Source: a virus. From it: 64,000 bases of DNA. The DNA is taken from the IMG/VR virus record IMGVR_UViG_3300032304_001168; one strand, 5' to 3'. A program made the position numbers and the translations under genes. This document shows, piece by piece, positions 30,693 through 39,851 of this stretch (its first letter is position 1; every line of letters starts with the position of its first letter). Below the pieces are notes generated by a model that was not told the origin of the DNA, ran no database searches, and saw only the letters and a program-made list of their open reading frames with translations.

Positions 30693-31565
30693 TTATTTTT
30701 TACTTTCTTGTTTTATCACCTTGTGAATAAAACTATTACTAAAACTAGTTTCTTTCTTGATTAGTTCAAAATTATATCCTTTTTCAACTAAATTTTTTAC
30801 AATGTTATGTTTTTCATTTTTTAACAATCTTGTCTGAACTTTATTCCATTTTCTATCTAAAACAGGTAATTCTAAATTTAGAATTTTTTCTTTTATATTC
30901 TTTAATGTTTTTAATTTATTTATGTAAACTAATGAACAATTATCTGAAGTTAAGTTAAATTTTTTATTTTCATTCGTTAAATGATAGTAAAAAAATTCTA
31001 ATATTTCTTTCCAAGACGAATCACATTTAATTCTTAACATTCCTTTATTACATATAGAACCATCACCATCAATAAATCCAATAATTAAACTGAATATACC
31101 ATCATCAGTTAAAAATTTAGGTATTTGTATTGGTATCTTAGTTTTATTTGATTCCCAACCAAAATCATTAGATAACTTACTAATTGTTTTTTTATCGGAT
31201 AAAGTAATTCTTACTATTGAGGGAGTTTCTATTATTTTAAATCCACCCAAATATTGTTGTAATTTTATTATGTGGTCTTTATCATTTTTTGATAAATTAA
31301 TTTGTATATTTTTTTGTTTTGATATATGTCCATCAGCTAACATAAATCCTATCCAATATAACGTAATATTATTATAATAATCTAATAATTTTTTGTATTT
31401 CCAATCATTAACATTTTCATTAAATTCTCTTTTAATATTATTATAGTGAGCTAATTTTTGGATATATGGCCAAGAAAGATTTAATGTTTCCATAATTTCT
31501 TTCTTAGATTTTTTAGAATAATTTGTTTTAAGATATGTTATATTTTTTTCTTTATTACTTTCCAT
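30693..31565 (-). CDS. LAGLIDADG homing endonuclease (free-standing)
   Basis: Two motifs WIGFMLADG and IIGFIDGDG. Confidence 0.85.
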   Translation of the reverse strand: MESNKEKNITYLKTNYSKKSKKEIMETLNLSWPYIQKLAHYNNIKREFNENVNDWKYKKLLDYYNNITLYWIGFMLADGHISKQKNIQINLSKNDKDHIIKLQQYLGGFKIIETPSIVRITLSDKKTISKLSNDFGWESNKTKIPIQIPKFLTDDGIFSLIIGFIDGDGSICNKGMLRIKCDSSWKEILEFFYYHLTNENKKFNLTSDNCSLVYINKLKTLKNIKEKILNLELPVLDRKWNKVQTRLLKNEKHNIVKNLVEKGYNFELIKKETSFSNSFIHKVIKQESKK

Positions 31566-31580
31566 ATAACATAAATATCT

Positions 31581-32006
31581 TTACCTTGTAAAAAGGTGAA
31601 TATCTCTGTTAATTTCTTTTTGAATATCTCGTTCTTTAATCGTATTTCTTTTATCCCTTTCCTTCTTCCCTTGAGCCAAAACTATTTCAACTTTAACTAG
31701 TCCCCTATCATTAACATAAATTTTGGTTGGGACAATTGTTAAACCATTAATAAGTTTTGATTTCAATTTATTAAGCTCAGATTTTTTTAATAACAACTTT
31801 CTTTCCCTTTTTGGTTCCCCATTTGGTAAAGATATTGAAATATTTTTAACAAACAATTCTTGGTCTTTGAAATAACAATATGTGTCAGTTAAATTTGCAT
31901 TTCCATTACGGATGGATTTAACTTCCATTCCTGTCAATACAATACCGGCTTGATAGGTTTCAAGGAATGTATATTCAAATTTGGTTTTTCTATTTTCAAT
32001 ATTCAT
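31581..32006 (-). CDS. smpB: SsrA-binding protein SmpB
   Basis: NRK..FEY..AGIVLTGMEVKSIR..RERKLLLKK..AQGKK..DKR..IKERD; likely start MNIENRK. Confidence 0.92.
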   Translation of the reverse strand: MNIENRKTKFEYTFLETYQAGIVLTGMEVKSIRNGNANLTDTYCYFKDQELFVKNISISLPNGEPKRERKLLLKKSELNKLKSKLINGLTIVPTKIYVNDRGLVKVEIVLAQGKKERDKRNTIKERDIQKEINRDIHLFTR

Positions 32007-32232
32007 CTTCGTCATCATCATCATATTCTAATTCCCAATTTGCTTCATTGTTTTTGTTTGTGATATATTGTTCCAATTCTTTGGCGACTTCCAAGTATTT
32101 TTCTCTTAACTCGTGGAATTTTTCATCCTCTATTTCTTCGAATGAGGAGTAGTGTTTGAAACAATAATGAAACCCTTCTGCGTCCATTCTATAATGAACA
32201 TTATTCCAGTTTTCCGCTTCTTCTGCTTTCAT
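31996..32232 (-). CDS. Hypothetical protein
   Basis: 78 aa; acidic tail. Confidence 0.7.
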   Translation of the reverse strand: MKAEEAENWNNVHYRMDAEGFHYCFKHYSSFEEIEDEKFHELREKYLEVAKELEQYITNKNNEANWELEYDDDDEDEY

Positions 32233-32286
32233 AATAATTTTATTTTTTGATGAGTTAAAGATAAGAAAAAATTTTTGTATAAAAAA

Positions 32287-33087
32287 TTAAATAGGTAAAT
32301 TTATTTTACTTAATAACTGATTTGAAACGTGTGTATAAATTTCAGTTGTTTTAACATTATTATGACCTGCAATCTTTTGAATTATTCTCAAATCCGTTCC
32401 ATTTTCTAATAAATTGGTGAAACAAGAATGTCTGAGTTGATGAATATGATATTCTTTACCTAAGTATTGCTTTACAATTTTATTACAACTCCCAAAACTA
32501 TATTTTAGATTATTTTGACCATTGAATAGATGGGTGATTGGTTTATATTCTTTATAATATTCTCTTAGAAGTTGTAGGATATTTTGTGATAGTGGAACAA
32601 TCCTATCTTTTCTACCTTTGGCATTTTTGATATGGATAATCATTCTTTTGGAATCAATATCTTCAATTTTGAGATTGACTACTTCTGACACTCTTAGACC
32701 TACTGAAAATGTTAGTGATAGTAGTGTCTTATGTTTTAGGTTTTTGATTTTGGAGAGTTGTTCTTTAATAAAATCACCATCAATAACTTTTGGAAGTTTC
32801 TTTTCTGATTTAGGTCTTTTGAAACTTACTTTATCATATTTTTTATCCAATCCAAATTTATAGAGAAATCTGATTGCGTTAATGATTTGGTTTTGTTGAG
32901 AAACTGAGGTGAAGTTATAGTTATCTAAATAAGATTGAAAATCTTGAGAGGTTAATCTAGTTGGTGATGTTTTATTATTTTCTAAAAACTGATTGATGTA
33001 AAAAAGATAGGACTTGATTGTCCTATCTGAGTAATTTAAGTATTTCAATTTTTGATTACAAATTTCGTAGTAATTTGTCTTTTTCAT
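32287..33087 (-). CDS. Tyrosine recombinase (integron-integrase-like, lacks IntI insertion)
   Basis: YSDRTIKSY SAM-like N-terminus; GLRVSE, KGRKDR, HQLRH, GTDLRIIQKIAGH, TTEIY catalytic set intact. Confidence 0.92.
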   Translation of the reverse strand: MKKTNYYEICNQKLKYLNYSDRTIKSYLFYINQFLENNKTSPTRLTSQDFQSYLDNYNFTSVSQQNQIINAIRFLYKFGLDKKYDKVSFKRPKSEKKLPKVIDGDFIKEQLSKIKNLKHKTLLSLTFSVGLRVSEVVNLKIEDIDSKRMIIHIKNAKGRKDRIVPLSQNILQLLREYYKEYKPITHLFNGQNNLKYSFGSCNKIVKQYLGKEYHIHQLRHSCFTNLLENGTDLRIIQKIAGHNNVKTTEIYTHVSNQLLSKINLPI

Positions 33088-33128
33088 TGTCTAAATCATT
33101 AATTATCAAGGTTTTGAAATAGGTGTTG

Positions 33129-33145
33129 ATATATTCTAGTTATAC
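33129..33145 (+). mobile_element. attI-like site
   Basis: ATATATTCTAGTTATAC about 50 bp 5' of the integrase start; GTTATACT complements AGTATAAC ending cassette 1. Confidence 0.65.
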
Positions 33146-33157
33146 TCAATTAAAAAA

Positions 33158-33352
33158 TTATTTTGAGTTCTTTAATATACCTTCTTGTTTTGACATCTCA
33201 ATAAACTCTTCGTCAGAATCAACTAAAAGAATTGAAAATAATCTACCTTCAACCATTTCCGTAGGAACATTTGATGTTAAATATCCTCTAACTATCTCCA
33301 TATCCCAGTGTTTTTCAATTCTTTCTTCCATCATTTGTGTTAAGTTTTTCAT
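33158..33352 (-). CDS. Cassette gene 1, hypothetical
   Basis: 64 aa between the attI-like site and attC1. Confidence 0.65.
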   Translation of the reverse strand: MKNLTQMMEERIEKHWDMEIVRGYLTSNVPTEMVEGRLFSILLVDSDEEFIEMSKQEGILKNSK

Positions 33353-33389
33353 CTATTTTTTTTAATTTGTAAAATAATTTTTTAACTAA

Positions 33390-33443
33390 GTATAACAAAG
33401 AATATGTGTCATTAAAACGAACACATATTCTCAACCGTTATGT
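33390..33443 (+). mobile_element. attC-like site 1 (54 bp)
   Basis: GTATAAC..AGAATATGTGT-C-ATTAAAAC-GA-ACACATATTCT..GTTATGT. Confidence 0.82.
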
Positions 33444-33510
33444 GTAAGTGTTTCATTCATCATTCTAATCAACATTTCGGTTGAAAATTTTTAAAGAAAA
33501 ATCCATCGCA

Positions 33511-34503
33511 CTATTTTTTAATTACTAAATAATTTTTATTTTCTTTATTTGAATATAACTCATATTTTGGGTTAGTTGAAACAAGTTCATCATTATTTGG
33601 TTTAACATCAAAATATTCATCATTTTTTTCATTATAACCCATAATTTTATATTTACCATATAACTTAACCCATAATTTTCTTGCTTCTGGTGTTTGCATT
33701 TTATCTGAATATAATATAGTTTTATTTATAATATAGTCATACGCCTTTGTCGCAACACCTAAACCCCTTGCTGTGTCTTTAACGCCAAGTGTTGATATTT
33801 TATATCCATTATGAAATTTATTTAACCCTACATAACCAATAGGTAAATCATCATTATATATAATTAATTTAACACCATCACTATTTTCAGCCCATTGAAA
33901 CCCTAGCCCAGAGAATTTATCAATTGATTTCGTTATTTTATCTGCTTCACCCTTCGCCCAATCCACAAATTCATTGTAATCAATTTTACCACCTACTAAA
34001 GAAGTGGTTCTCTTGATTTCATTAATTGGGTTATAATTTAGTGGTAATGGGTAATTACCTTGTTCCAAATTTTTAGAATCCCAAAATTCAGTTTTTAATT
34101 TTATATTATCCCAAAAATTGTTTTCTTTATCTAAAAAATTTTTAATTAAATAAATTGCCGAAATTCTATGAGCACCATCTTGTAAACTACCATCAACCAC
34201 AATTATCGGTGGTAAATTTTTTGTTGATTTTGGGTTTTTTATTATATAATTAGCATATTCTAACACCTTTTTCGTTACACCCCAACTATAATCTTTATCA
34301 ATTACATCACTTAATACCTCTCTATAATAAGGTATATTTTTTATTCTATTTGTAATTTCATCAACAGTTAGAAACTTTATATTAGTTGGTTTAGAATTTT
34401 TCTTAAATTCTGCTGGTTTTCCAGAACTTTCACCAGATTGTGGGATATTCTCATTCAAAAAATCTCTAATTGTGGTTTTAATAAATTGTTTCAAATTTTT
34501 CAT
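33511..34503 (-). CDS. Cassette gene 2: leader + ParB/Srx-like domain + GNAT-like domain
   Basis: MKNLKQFIKTTIRDFLNE; LPPIIVVDG..DGAHRI; ARGLGVATKAY..QTPEARKLW. Confidence 0.7.
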   Translation of the reverse strand: MKNLKQFIKTTIRDFLNENIPQSGESSGKPAEFKKNSKPTNIKFLTVDEITNRIKNIPYYREVLSDVIDKDYSWGVTKKVLEYANYIIKNPKSTKNLPPIIVVDGSLQDGAHRISAIYLIKNFLDKENNFWDNIKLKTEFWDSKNLEQGNYPLPLNYNPINEIKRTTSLVGGKIDYNEFVDWAKGEADKITKSIDKFSGLGFQWAENSDGVKLIIYNDDLPIGYVGLNKFHNGYKISTLGVKDTARGLGVATKAYDYIINKTILYSDKMQTPEARKLWVKLYGKYKIMGYNEKNDEYFDVKPNNDELVSTNPKYELYSNKENKNYLVIKK

Positions 34504-34613
34504 TGTTTTCTTTTATATAAATATTAAGATTTAAAAAAACCACACTTCTTTTTCTTTTAAATTTTTTGTTTAGTTCTTCGATTAAACATTCTACCTTAAT
34601 TAACCACACCTAC

Positions 34614-34707
34614 ACATAACAAGGTGTATAAGAAAGTTTGCTATAAAGTTTAGTGGTAATTTGAAAGTTCATCTAAGCAAACCTTCTCATACACCCAAAC
34701 GTTATAC
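34614..34707 (+). mobile_element. attC-like site 2 (94 bp)
   Basis: ACATAAC; 18/20-bp stem GGTGTATAAGAAAGTTTGCT / AGCAAACCTTCTCATACACC; GTTATAC; CACCTACACATAAC complements GTTATGTGTAAGTG (13/14). Confidence 0.82.
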
Positions 34708-34713
34708 ACAATA

Positions 34714-34926
34714 TTACGCAACCTCTTCAACAGTTACACCAATCAAAGGATATAATCTAACCATATCAGCAAATTGAGCGTGGTTTACATTCTCAATGTT
34801 TTCACCTACTTGTAATTTAAGTCTACTCAACCTATTAAATGTTGGTGTTGAATTTAATCGTTTTAGTATTTGTTCGTTGGGTATTGTAATTTTTACAGTT
34901 TTAATATTCCTAATTTTATCAATCAT
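34714..34926 (-). CDS. Cassette gene 3, hypothetical (followed by truncated attC, GTATAAC 34948-34954)
   Basis: 70 aa; cassette ends GTTATAC / GTATAAC are complementary. Confidence 0.65.
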   Translation of the reverse strand: MIDKIRNIKTVKITIPNEQILKRLNSTPTFNRLSRLKLQVGENIENVNHAQFADMVRLYPLIGVTVEEVA

Positions 34927-34989
34927 TTCTTTGTAATGTTAATAATAGTATAACCAATCAAACAACCATAAAGTTCCAAGTTTATAATT

Positions 34990-35562
34990 TTATTTTCTAC
35001 CACGAGCTCTTTGGATTTTATATTCCCCAAACGCTTCATTTATTGCAAATGGTATTGGTTCATTATTTTCTTGATGATTCCATTTAGGGTATTTATTTTC
35101 TATTTGAAAATATTGTTTCATAAACACCTCTTCTATACCCTTAGCACTTATTGGAACATAAATTATCTCATTATTGGTTAGTCCTGGTACTTTTACTTCA
35201 ATCAAATCCATATAAACCATATAAACTTCAACTTTGTTTCCTTTATCTAATTCTTCTCTGATTAATAAATTAATGAAAAATCTATTGATACCAGGGTCAT
35301 CTTGACCTGACTTGAGATAAAAATTCATACATCCAGAAATACCATTTTTCGCGGAAGATTGACCAATTTTATAAATTATATTATTGATTACAAATAGATA
35401 AACCAAAGCCAAATGTTCGTTTTTAAGATGTTTGGGGAAATTTTCATCATAGATGAGTTTCAAAGCATTTCTATGTAAGACATAAGAATTACCCTTAAAA
35501 TCAGTTTCTCCTAAAACAATCTGACCAACTCTAATACAATTTTTTGCGATTGTTATATTCAT
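34990..35562 (-). CDS. GIY-YIG family nuclease, Hpy188I-like restriction-type
   Basis: LVYLFVINNIIYKIGQS..IEE..YPKWNHQE; TAGATTTG -7 box upstream. Confidence 0.6.
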   Translation of the reverse strand: MNITIAKNCIRVGQIVLGETDFKGNSYVLHRNALKLIYDENFPKHLKNEHLALVYLFVINNIIYKIGQSSAKNGISGCMNFYLKSGQDDPGINRFFINLLIREELDKGNKVEVYMVYMDLIEVKVPGLTNNEIIYVPISAKGIEEVFMKQYFQIENKYPKWNHQENNEPIPFAINEAFGEYKIQRARGRK

Positions 35563-35718
35563 TATATTATATATTTAAGATTACAAATCTAAAAATAATG
35601 ATAAAATTTTATAAAAACAAAAAAACTCCAATAATTTTTACAATTATCGGAGTTCTATATATTGACCAACATAAGAAAGGGAAGTTGGGGATTTGTGAAA
35701 TATAAATATATCGAATTT

Positions 35719-36105
35719 TCAAAAAATCTTATTTATTATAAAAAAAAGTTGATTTTCTACCTTTTTGGGTAAAGTTTTTTTGGTAAACCACTTACACTCC
35801 TCGTGTTCATGCCCATCTTGAGCCTCATCCAAATCAATATTTATCTTTTTATCAATCTCATATAAGAACAAATAGAATTTCATTCTTGACCCACCACTTA
35901 ATGTCGCCACATAATCCAAGTTATCAACAATCTGATATCCAGTTTCTTCCCTAAACTCCCTTATAGCACCATCTTGAATATTCTCGTCTTTCTCCAAATG
36001 TCCTCCAGGAACTGACCAAATACCAGGTAAACTCCCTTTCTGACTTCTTTTGCATAATAAACAATGATTTTTATATTTTAATAAAATACCTGCACAATTT
36101 CCCAT
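35719..36105 (-). CDS. NUDIX hydrolase
   Basis: GGHLEKDENIQDGAIREFREETG. Confidence 0.92.
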   Translation of the reverse strand: MGNCAGILLKYKNHCLLCKRSQKGSLPGIWSVPGGHLEKDENIQDGAIREFREETGYQIVDNLDYVATLSGGSRMKFYLFLYEIDKKINIDLDEAQDGHEHEECKWFTKKTLPKKVENQLFFIINKIF

Positions 36106-36131
36106 AATGAATTATTATTATATTTATATAT

Positions 36132-36479
36132 ATGAAGTTAAGTATAAATGACAACATTTTCAAGGTTAAAGTTCAAACATCTCCTGAAGAAACTCAAAAA
36201 GGTATGATGAACAAAACCTTTGACAAAACATTCAATGGAATGTTATTTGTTATGAAAAACCAAGACCATTGTTTTTGGATGAAAAATTGTATTATTCCAT
36301 TGGATATCATATTCATTGATAATGATGTAATAACCAAAATACACCACAATTGTCCTCCTTGTGAAACTAAGAATTGTAAATCATATTGTGGTGAAGGAAA
36401 CTTTATACTTGAAGTTAGAGGTGGAACTTGTAAGAAATTAGACATAAAAAAGGGGGATGTTGTTTCTTTCCCCCTTTAA
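36132..36479 (+). CDS. DUF192 family protein
   Basis: KGMM..GMLF..FWMKNCIIPLDIIF..LEV. Confidence 0.85.
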   Translation: MKLSINDNIFKVKVQTSPEETQKGMMNKTFDKTFNGMLFVMKNQDHCFWMKNCIIPLDIIFIDNDVITKIHHNCPPCETKNCKSYCGEGNFILEVRGGTCKKLDIKKGDVVSFPL

Positions 36480-36481
36480 TC

Positions 36482-38152
36482 TTAACCTTTTATTGTTTTA
36501 TTTATCAAATTTCTAAAATAGTTTTCATTAACATTTTCACTTTGTATCATTTGAATTAATTTAGCCTTAAATGATTCTGCAATTCGTTTAACAAATGCAA
36601 CATATGGTGTTTCATCTTTCTTAACACCAAACGGATTATATTTGGTTATTTTAACAACAATACCATCTTCAACTTTGACAACTCTTCTCATTGTATCAAT
36701 ATAGTATAAACCATTGTCCAAAGGTTGTTTTTTCCCTCGTTTCATTTTAAATAACGAAGCATTAAGTTCTATATTTTCAATAATTAAATCATTAATATCA
36801 ACTTTAATAATCTTATCTTCATCATCAGTTTTTCTAGGGGCTTTTTGTTCTTTTTTTGGTGGTCTTTTAGACCTAACCAAATAATTTAAACCTGAAATAT
36901 TGGTTATACATTTATGTCCACCACTATTTCTAAGTACAATATTCCAACCACTTATAAAAATATTATCTAATATTTCTTTTTCTTCGTCAGATAATTTATC
37001 AAAATGTTGATTCATTATATTTTGTAATTCCTTTTCACTTACATCTTCATCTTGGATTACATAATCATTACCATACAATGCTTTTAAATCTCTATATGTG
37101 AAACCAATTGATTCTTCAGTAAACCCTGGGTCACTTTCCGAAATCCATTTTAAAGATGATAGACTAACTTTAATATTTTTAAGTTCAGTTTCAAATTCAC
37201 TCAATACTTCATCTTTGACTTCACCTAAATTAACACCTTTCAATGCTCTATCTGTCTTAAATGGATTACAAGATACTTGAACCATCCCCATTGGAAATGC
37301 TGTTATTAAGAAATCACCCTCTGGATTATTAATGAATGGGGTATATCTATCATAAGAACCTTTTTTTCCAATATAACCTAATCCATATTGGAAGATAATT
37401 TTATCTTCAACATCAATGTCTTTATCTGTTTTTCTATTTTCAATATAATCAATTTGATTTTGTAATAATTCTTCAGATTTTTCATCAAAACTACCACCAA
37501 TTAATTCTTTTATTTTCAAATAAAGATTTATTGCGGATGGGGTACAGTCCAATACTAATGTTTCCAAAAATTTATCCTTACTTTTGAATGTCAATAACCA
37601 TTTATTAACAATAAACATAAGCATAAATCTATTCTTAGTACTAGAATTTCTAAAATTAAAGTTTAGAATATCTTGTGGTGTAATATTATATCTAATAAAA
37701 TCCGCACTATCAATTGTTGATATTGCTAAAATATCAGTTCCATAAAATAAATCGTTTGGGGATATTACATCAGATACTGTTTTGACATTTGACCTTGAAT
37801 GCGAAAATTGTTTTGATTTGGTGAATTCTGCCCCAGCTTGTGTATCGTGGTGGTCGGTATGAATTAAAAACATAGGTTTACCATGTGCAAAATCTACCAA
37901 TACCGGCATAATTTCACCACTAGCATCTGGTTTCTTAACCGCAAATTCTGATGTTCCATATTGTATAACTTCGGCATCTACTATTTCAATCCCATATCTT
38001 TCCAAATATTTTTTCATGGCTAAAGCCGTAGTAACCCCATCTAGTCAAAGGTCCTGATGAAAGTAGATCTTCGCTTTTTTGTAACGAAGTGCAAGAGAAT
38101 TAATATCTCTTATTCCACTTTCAATCAGGACTATTTTTTGTTTTTTAGTCAT
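36482..38152 (-). CDS. DHH-family phosphoesterase with in-frame TGA at 38045-38047 (recoded or pseudogene)
   Basis: MTKKQKIVLIE..YFHQDL*LDGVTT..LVDF..HTDHH..GGH; the ORF track covers only 36482-38017. Confidence 0.8.
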
Positions 38153-38211
38153 GTTTTATTTTTTTATTAATAAATATCATATAAAAATAAAATAAGGGTC
38201 ATACCTGACTT

Positions 38212-39033
38212 TTATTTGATATTTTTAAAAATATGTGTTATAACATCTATAGTCCACCCATTCCCAAGTAATTTAAACCTTTCGGTGTTTGAAACTCCTC
38301 TAGTATAATTTAATGGCATTGTTTGTAATAGTTCACAATCTTGTGGTGTATATTTGTATATCTGACCTAATTCATTTTTACAATAAGATGAAATCTGTCC
38401 TTTATACATTGATGCTGTTAAACAAGATGCTTTATCACTATATGACTTAACAACATCCTTTCTTGTTCCCCTACCATAAAAAGGTAAATCTAAATAGTTT
38501 GGATATTTGTCCTTAAATTCTGGAGAGATAATATCACAAATATTTAATCCCAAGTCTTTTGGTTGTGTTATATTTGGGATATTTGTCCAATATAACCTTG
38601 GTCTATTTTGAGCTGAAACCAATCTACTATTAATCTTAATCGGTTTGACACCAAGGTGTTCAGTGATTACATCTTGCCATTCTTCTCTCATTACAACATT
38701 CTCCAATAAAAAATATTTTGGTTTAACTTCTTTTAATAGTCTAACATACTCAAAGAATAATTTACTCCTTGGGTCATTGAAATTCAATTGTTTCCCTACC
38801 TTTGAAAATCCTTGGCAAGGCGACCCACCTATGAGAAGGTCTATTGGTGGTAAATCACTTCCTTTAATTTCTGTTATATCACCCAATTGAATTGTGTTGG
38901 GATAATTTTGTTGTGTAACCTTAATTGAACTTTTATCAATCTCGGATGCAAAATACTTATCATATTTTATTCTAATTCTATTTAGGGCAATTTGACCACA
39001 ACTTAACCCATCAAAAAGACTTAATACATTCAT
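38212..39033 (-). CDS. C5 cytosine DNA methyltransferase
   Basis: SLFDG, GSPCQ, ENV, QNRPR, GNGW. Confidence 0.93.
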   Translation of the reverse strand: MNVLSLFDGLSCGQIALNRIRIKYDKYFASEIDKSSIKVTQQNYPNTIQLGDITEIKGSDLPPIDLLIGGSPCQGFSKVGKQLNFNDPRSKLFFEYVRLLKEVKPKYFLLENVVMREEWQDVITEHLGVKPIKINSRLVSAQNRPRLYWTNIPNITQPKDLGLNICDIISPEFKDKYPNYLDLPFYGRGTRKDVVKSYSDKASCLTASMYKGQISSYCKNELGQIYKYTPQDCELLQTMPLNYTRGVSNTERFKLLGNGWTIDVITHIFKNIK

Positions 39034-39851
39034 AATTTAATATTTTTAAAAATATGTGCAATTACATCAACAGTCCAACCATTGCCAATCATTTTGTATC
39101 TTTCTGTGTTACTAACAACAGATGTATACCCTTCTGGTATTGTCTGTAATTTCTCAAATTCAGTTGGGTTTAATAATCTACATAAAGTTTTATCCTCGTT
39201 GAAGAGATATTGATTTGTGTGACAATTCTTGGTGGTTAAACAATTTGATTTCTCATTCTTAACCCAATTAGGATTTTTATTTATTCTTTCTTTTGTTCCC
39301 CATTTATTATAAAAACATTTTGGTATTTCTCTAAACTTGTCATCAGTTAATACATCAGATAGTTTAATCTTCTTATCTTCAGGTTGGGTTATGTTTGGAA
39401 TGTTTGTCCAATATAATCTGTCCCTATTTTGACCAGATACTAGATTACTATTAATTCTTATAGGTTCAACACCCATTTCCTTTGTGATGATGTCTTCCCA
39501 TTCTTTTTTCATCTTTACATTTTCAAGTAAAAAATATTTGGGCTGAACTTCATTTAGGACTCTAACAAATTCCCAAAATAAACCACTCTTTCCATCAAAA
39601 CCTGTTCTGTTACCTGCTGATGAAAAACTTTGACAAGGACTCCCACCAAATAAGATATCTATTTTTGGTAAATCAGAACCTTTGATATTATTAATATTAC
39701 CTAACTGAATCGTGTTAGGATAGTTGTGTTGAGTTACTTTAATTGCGTGAACATCAATCTCAGAAGCATAATAGTTATCGTAACTAATCCCAACTTTATT
39801 TAAAGCGATTTGGCCACAACTTAACCCATCAAACAAACTCAGTACATTCAT
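39030..39851 (-). CDS. C5 cytosine DNA methyltransferase
   Basis: SLFDG, GSPCQ, ENV, QNRDR, GNGW. Confidence 0.93.
   Translation of the reverse strand: MNVLSLFDGLSCGQIALNKVGISYDNYYASEIDVHAIKVTQHNYPNTIQLGNINNIKGSDLPKIDILFGGSPCQSFSSAGNRTGFDGKSGLFWEFVRVLNEVQPKYFLLENVKMKKEWEDIITKEMGVEPIRINSNLVSGQNRDRLYWTNIPNITQPEDKKIKLSDVLTDDKFREIPKCFYNKWGTKERINKNPNWVKNEKSNCLTTKNCHTNQYLFNEDKTLCRLLNPTEFEKLQTIPEGYTSVVSNTERYKMIGNGWTVDVIAHIFKNIKL

Noticed and set aside
32287-33087. Lysogeny integrase or classical IntI
   Set aside because: No arm-binding domain or repressor context, and the IntI-specific insertion is absent; kept as integron-like only
38045-38047. Selenocysteine or TGA=Trp recoding
   Set aside because: It would insert two residues into the DxD motif, and TGA ends many other genes here (e.g. 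ATGA overlaps of the methyltransferases)
38041-38050. prfB-type +1 frameshift at CTT TGA C
   Set aside because: The +1 frame reads GAC then TAG; the conserved protein continues in frame 0
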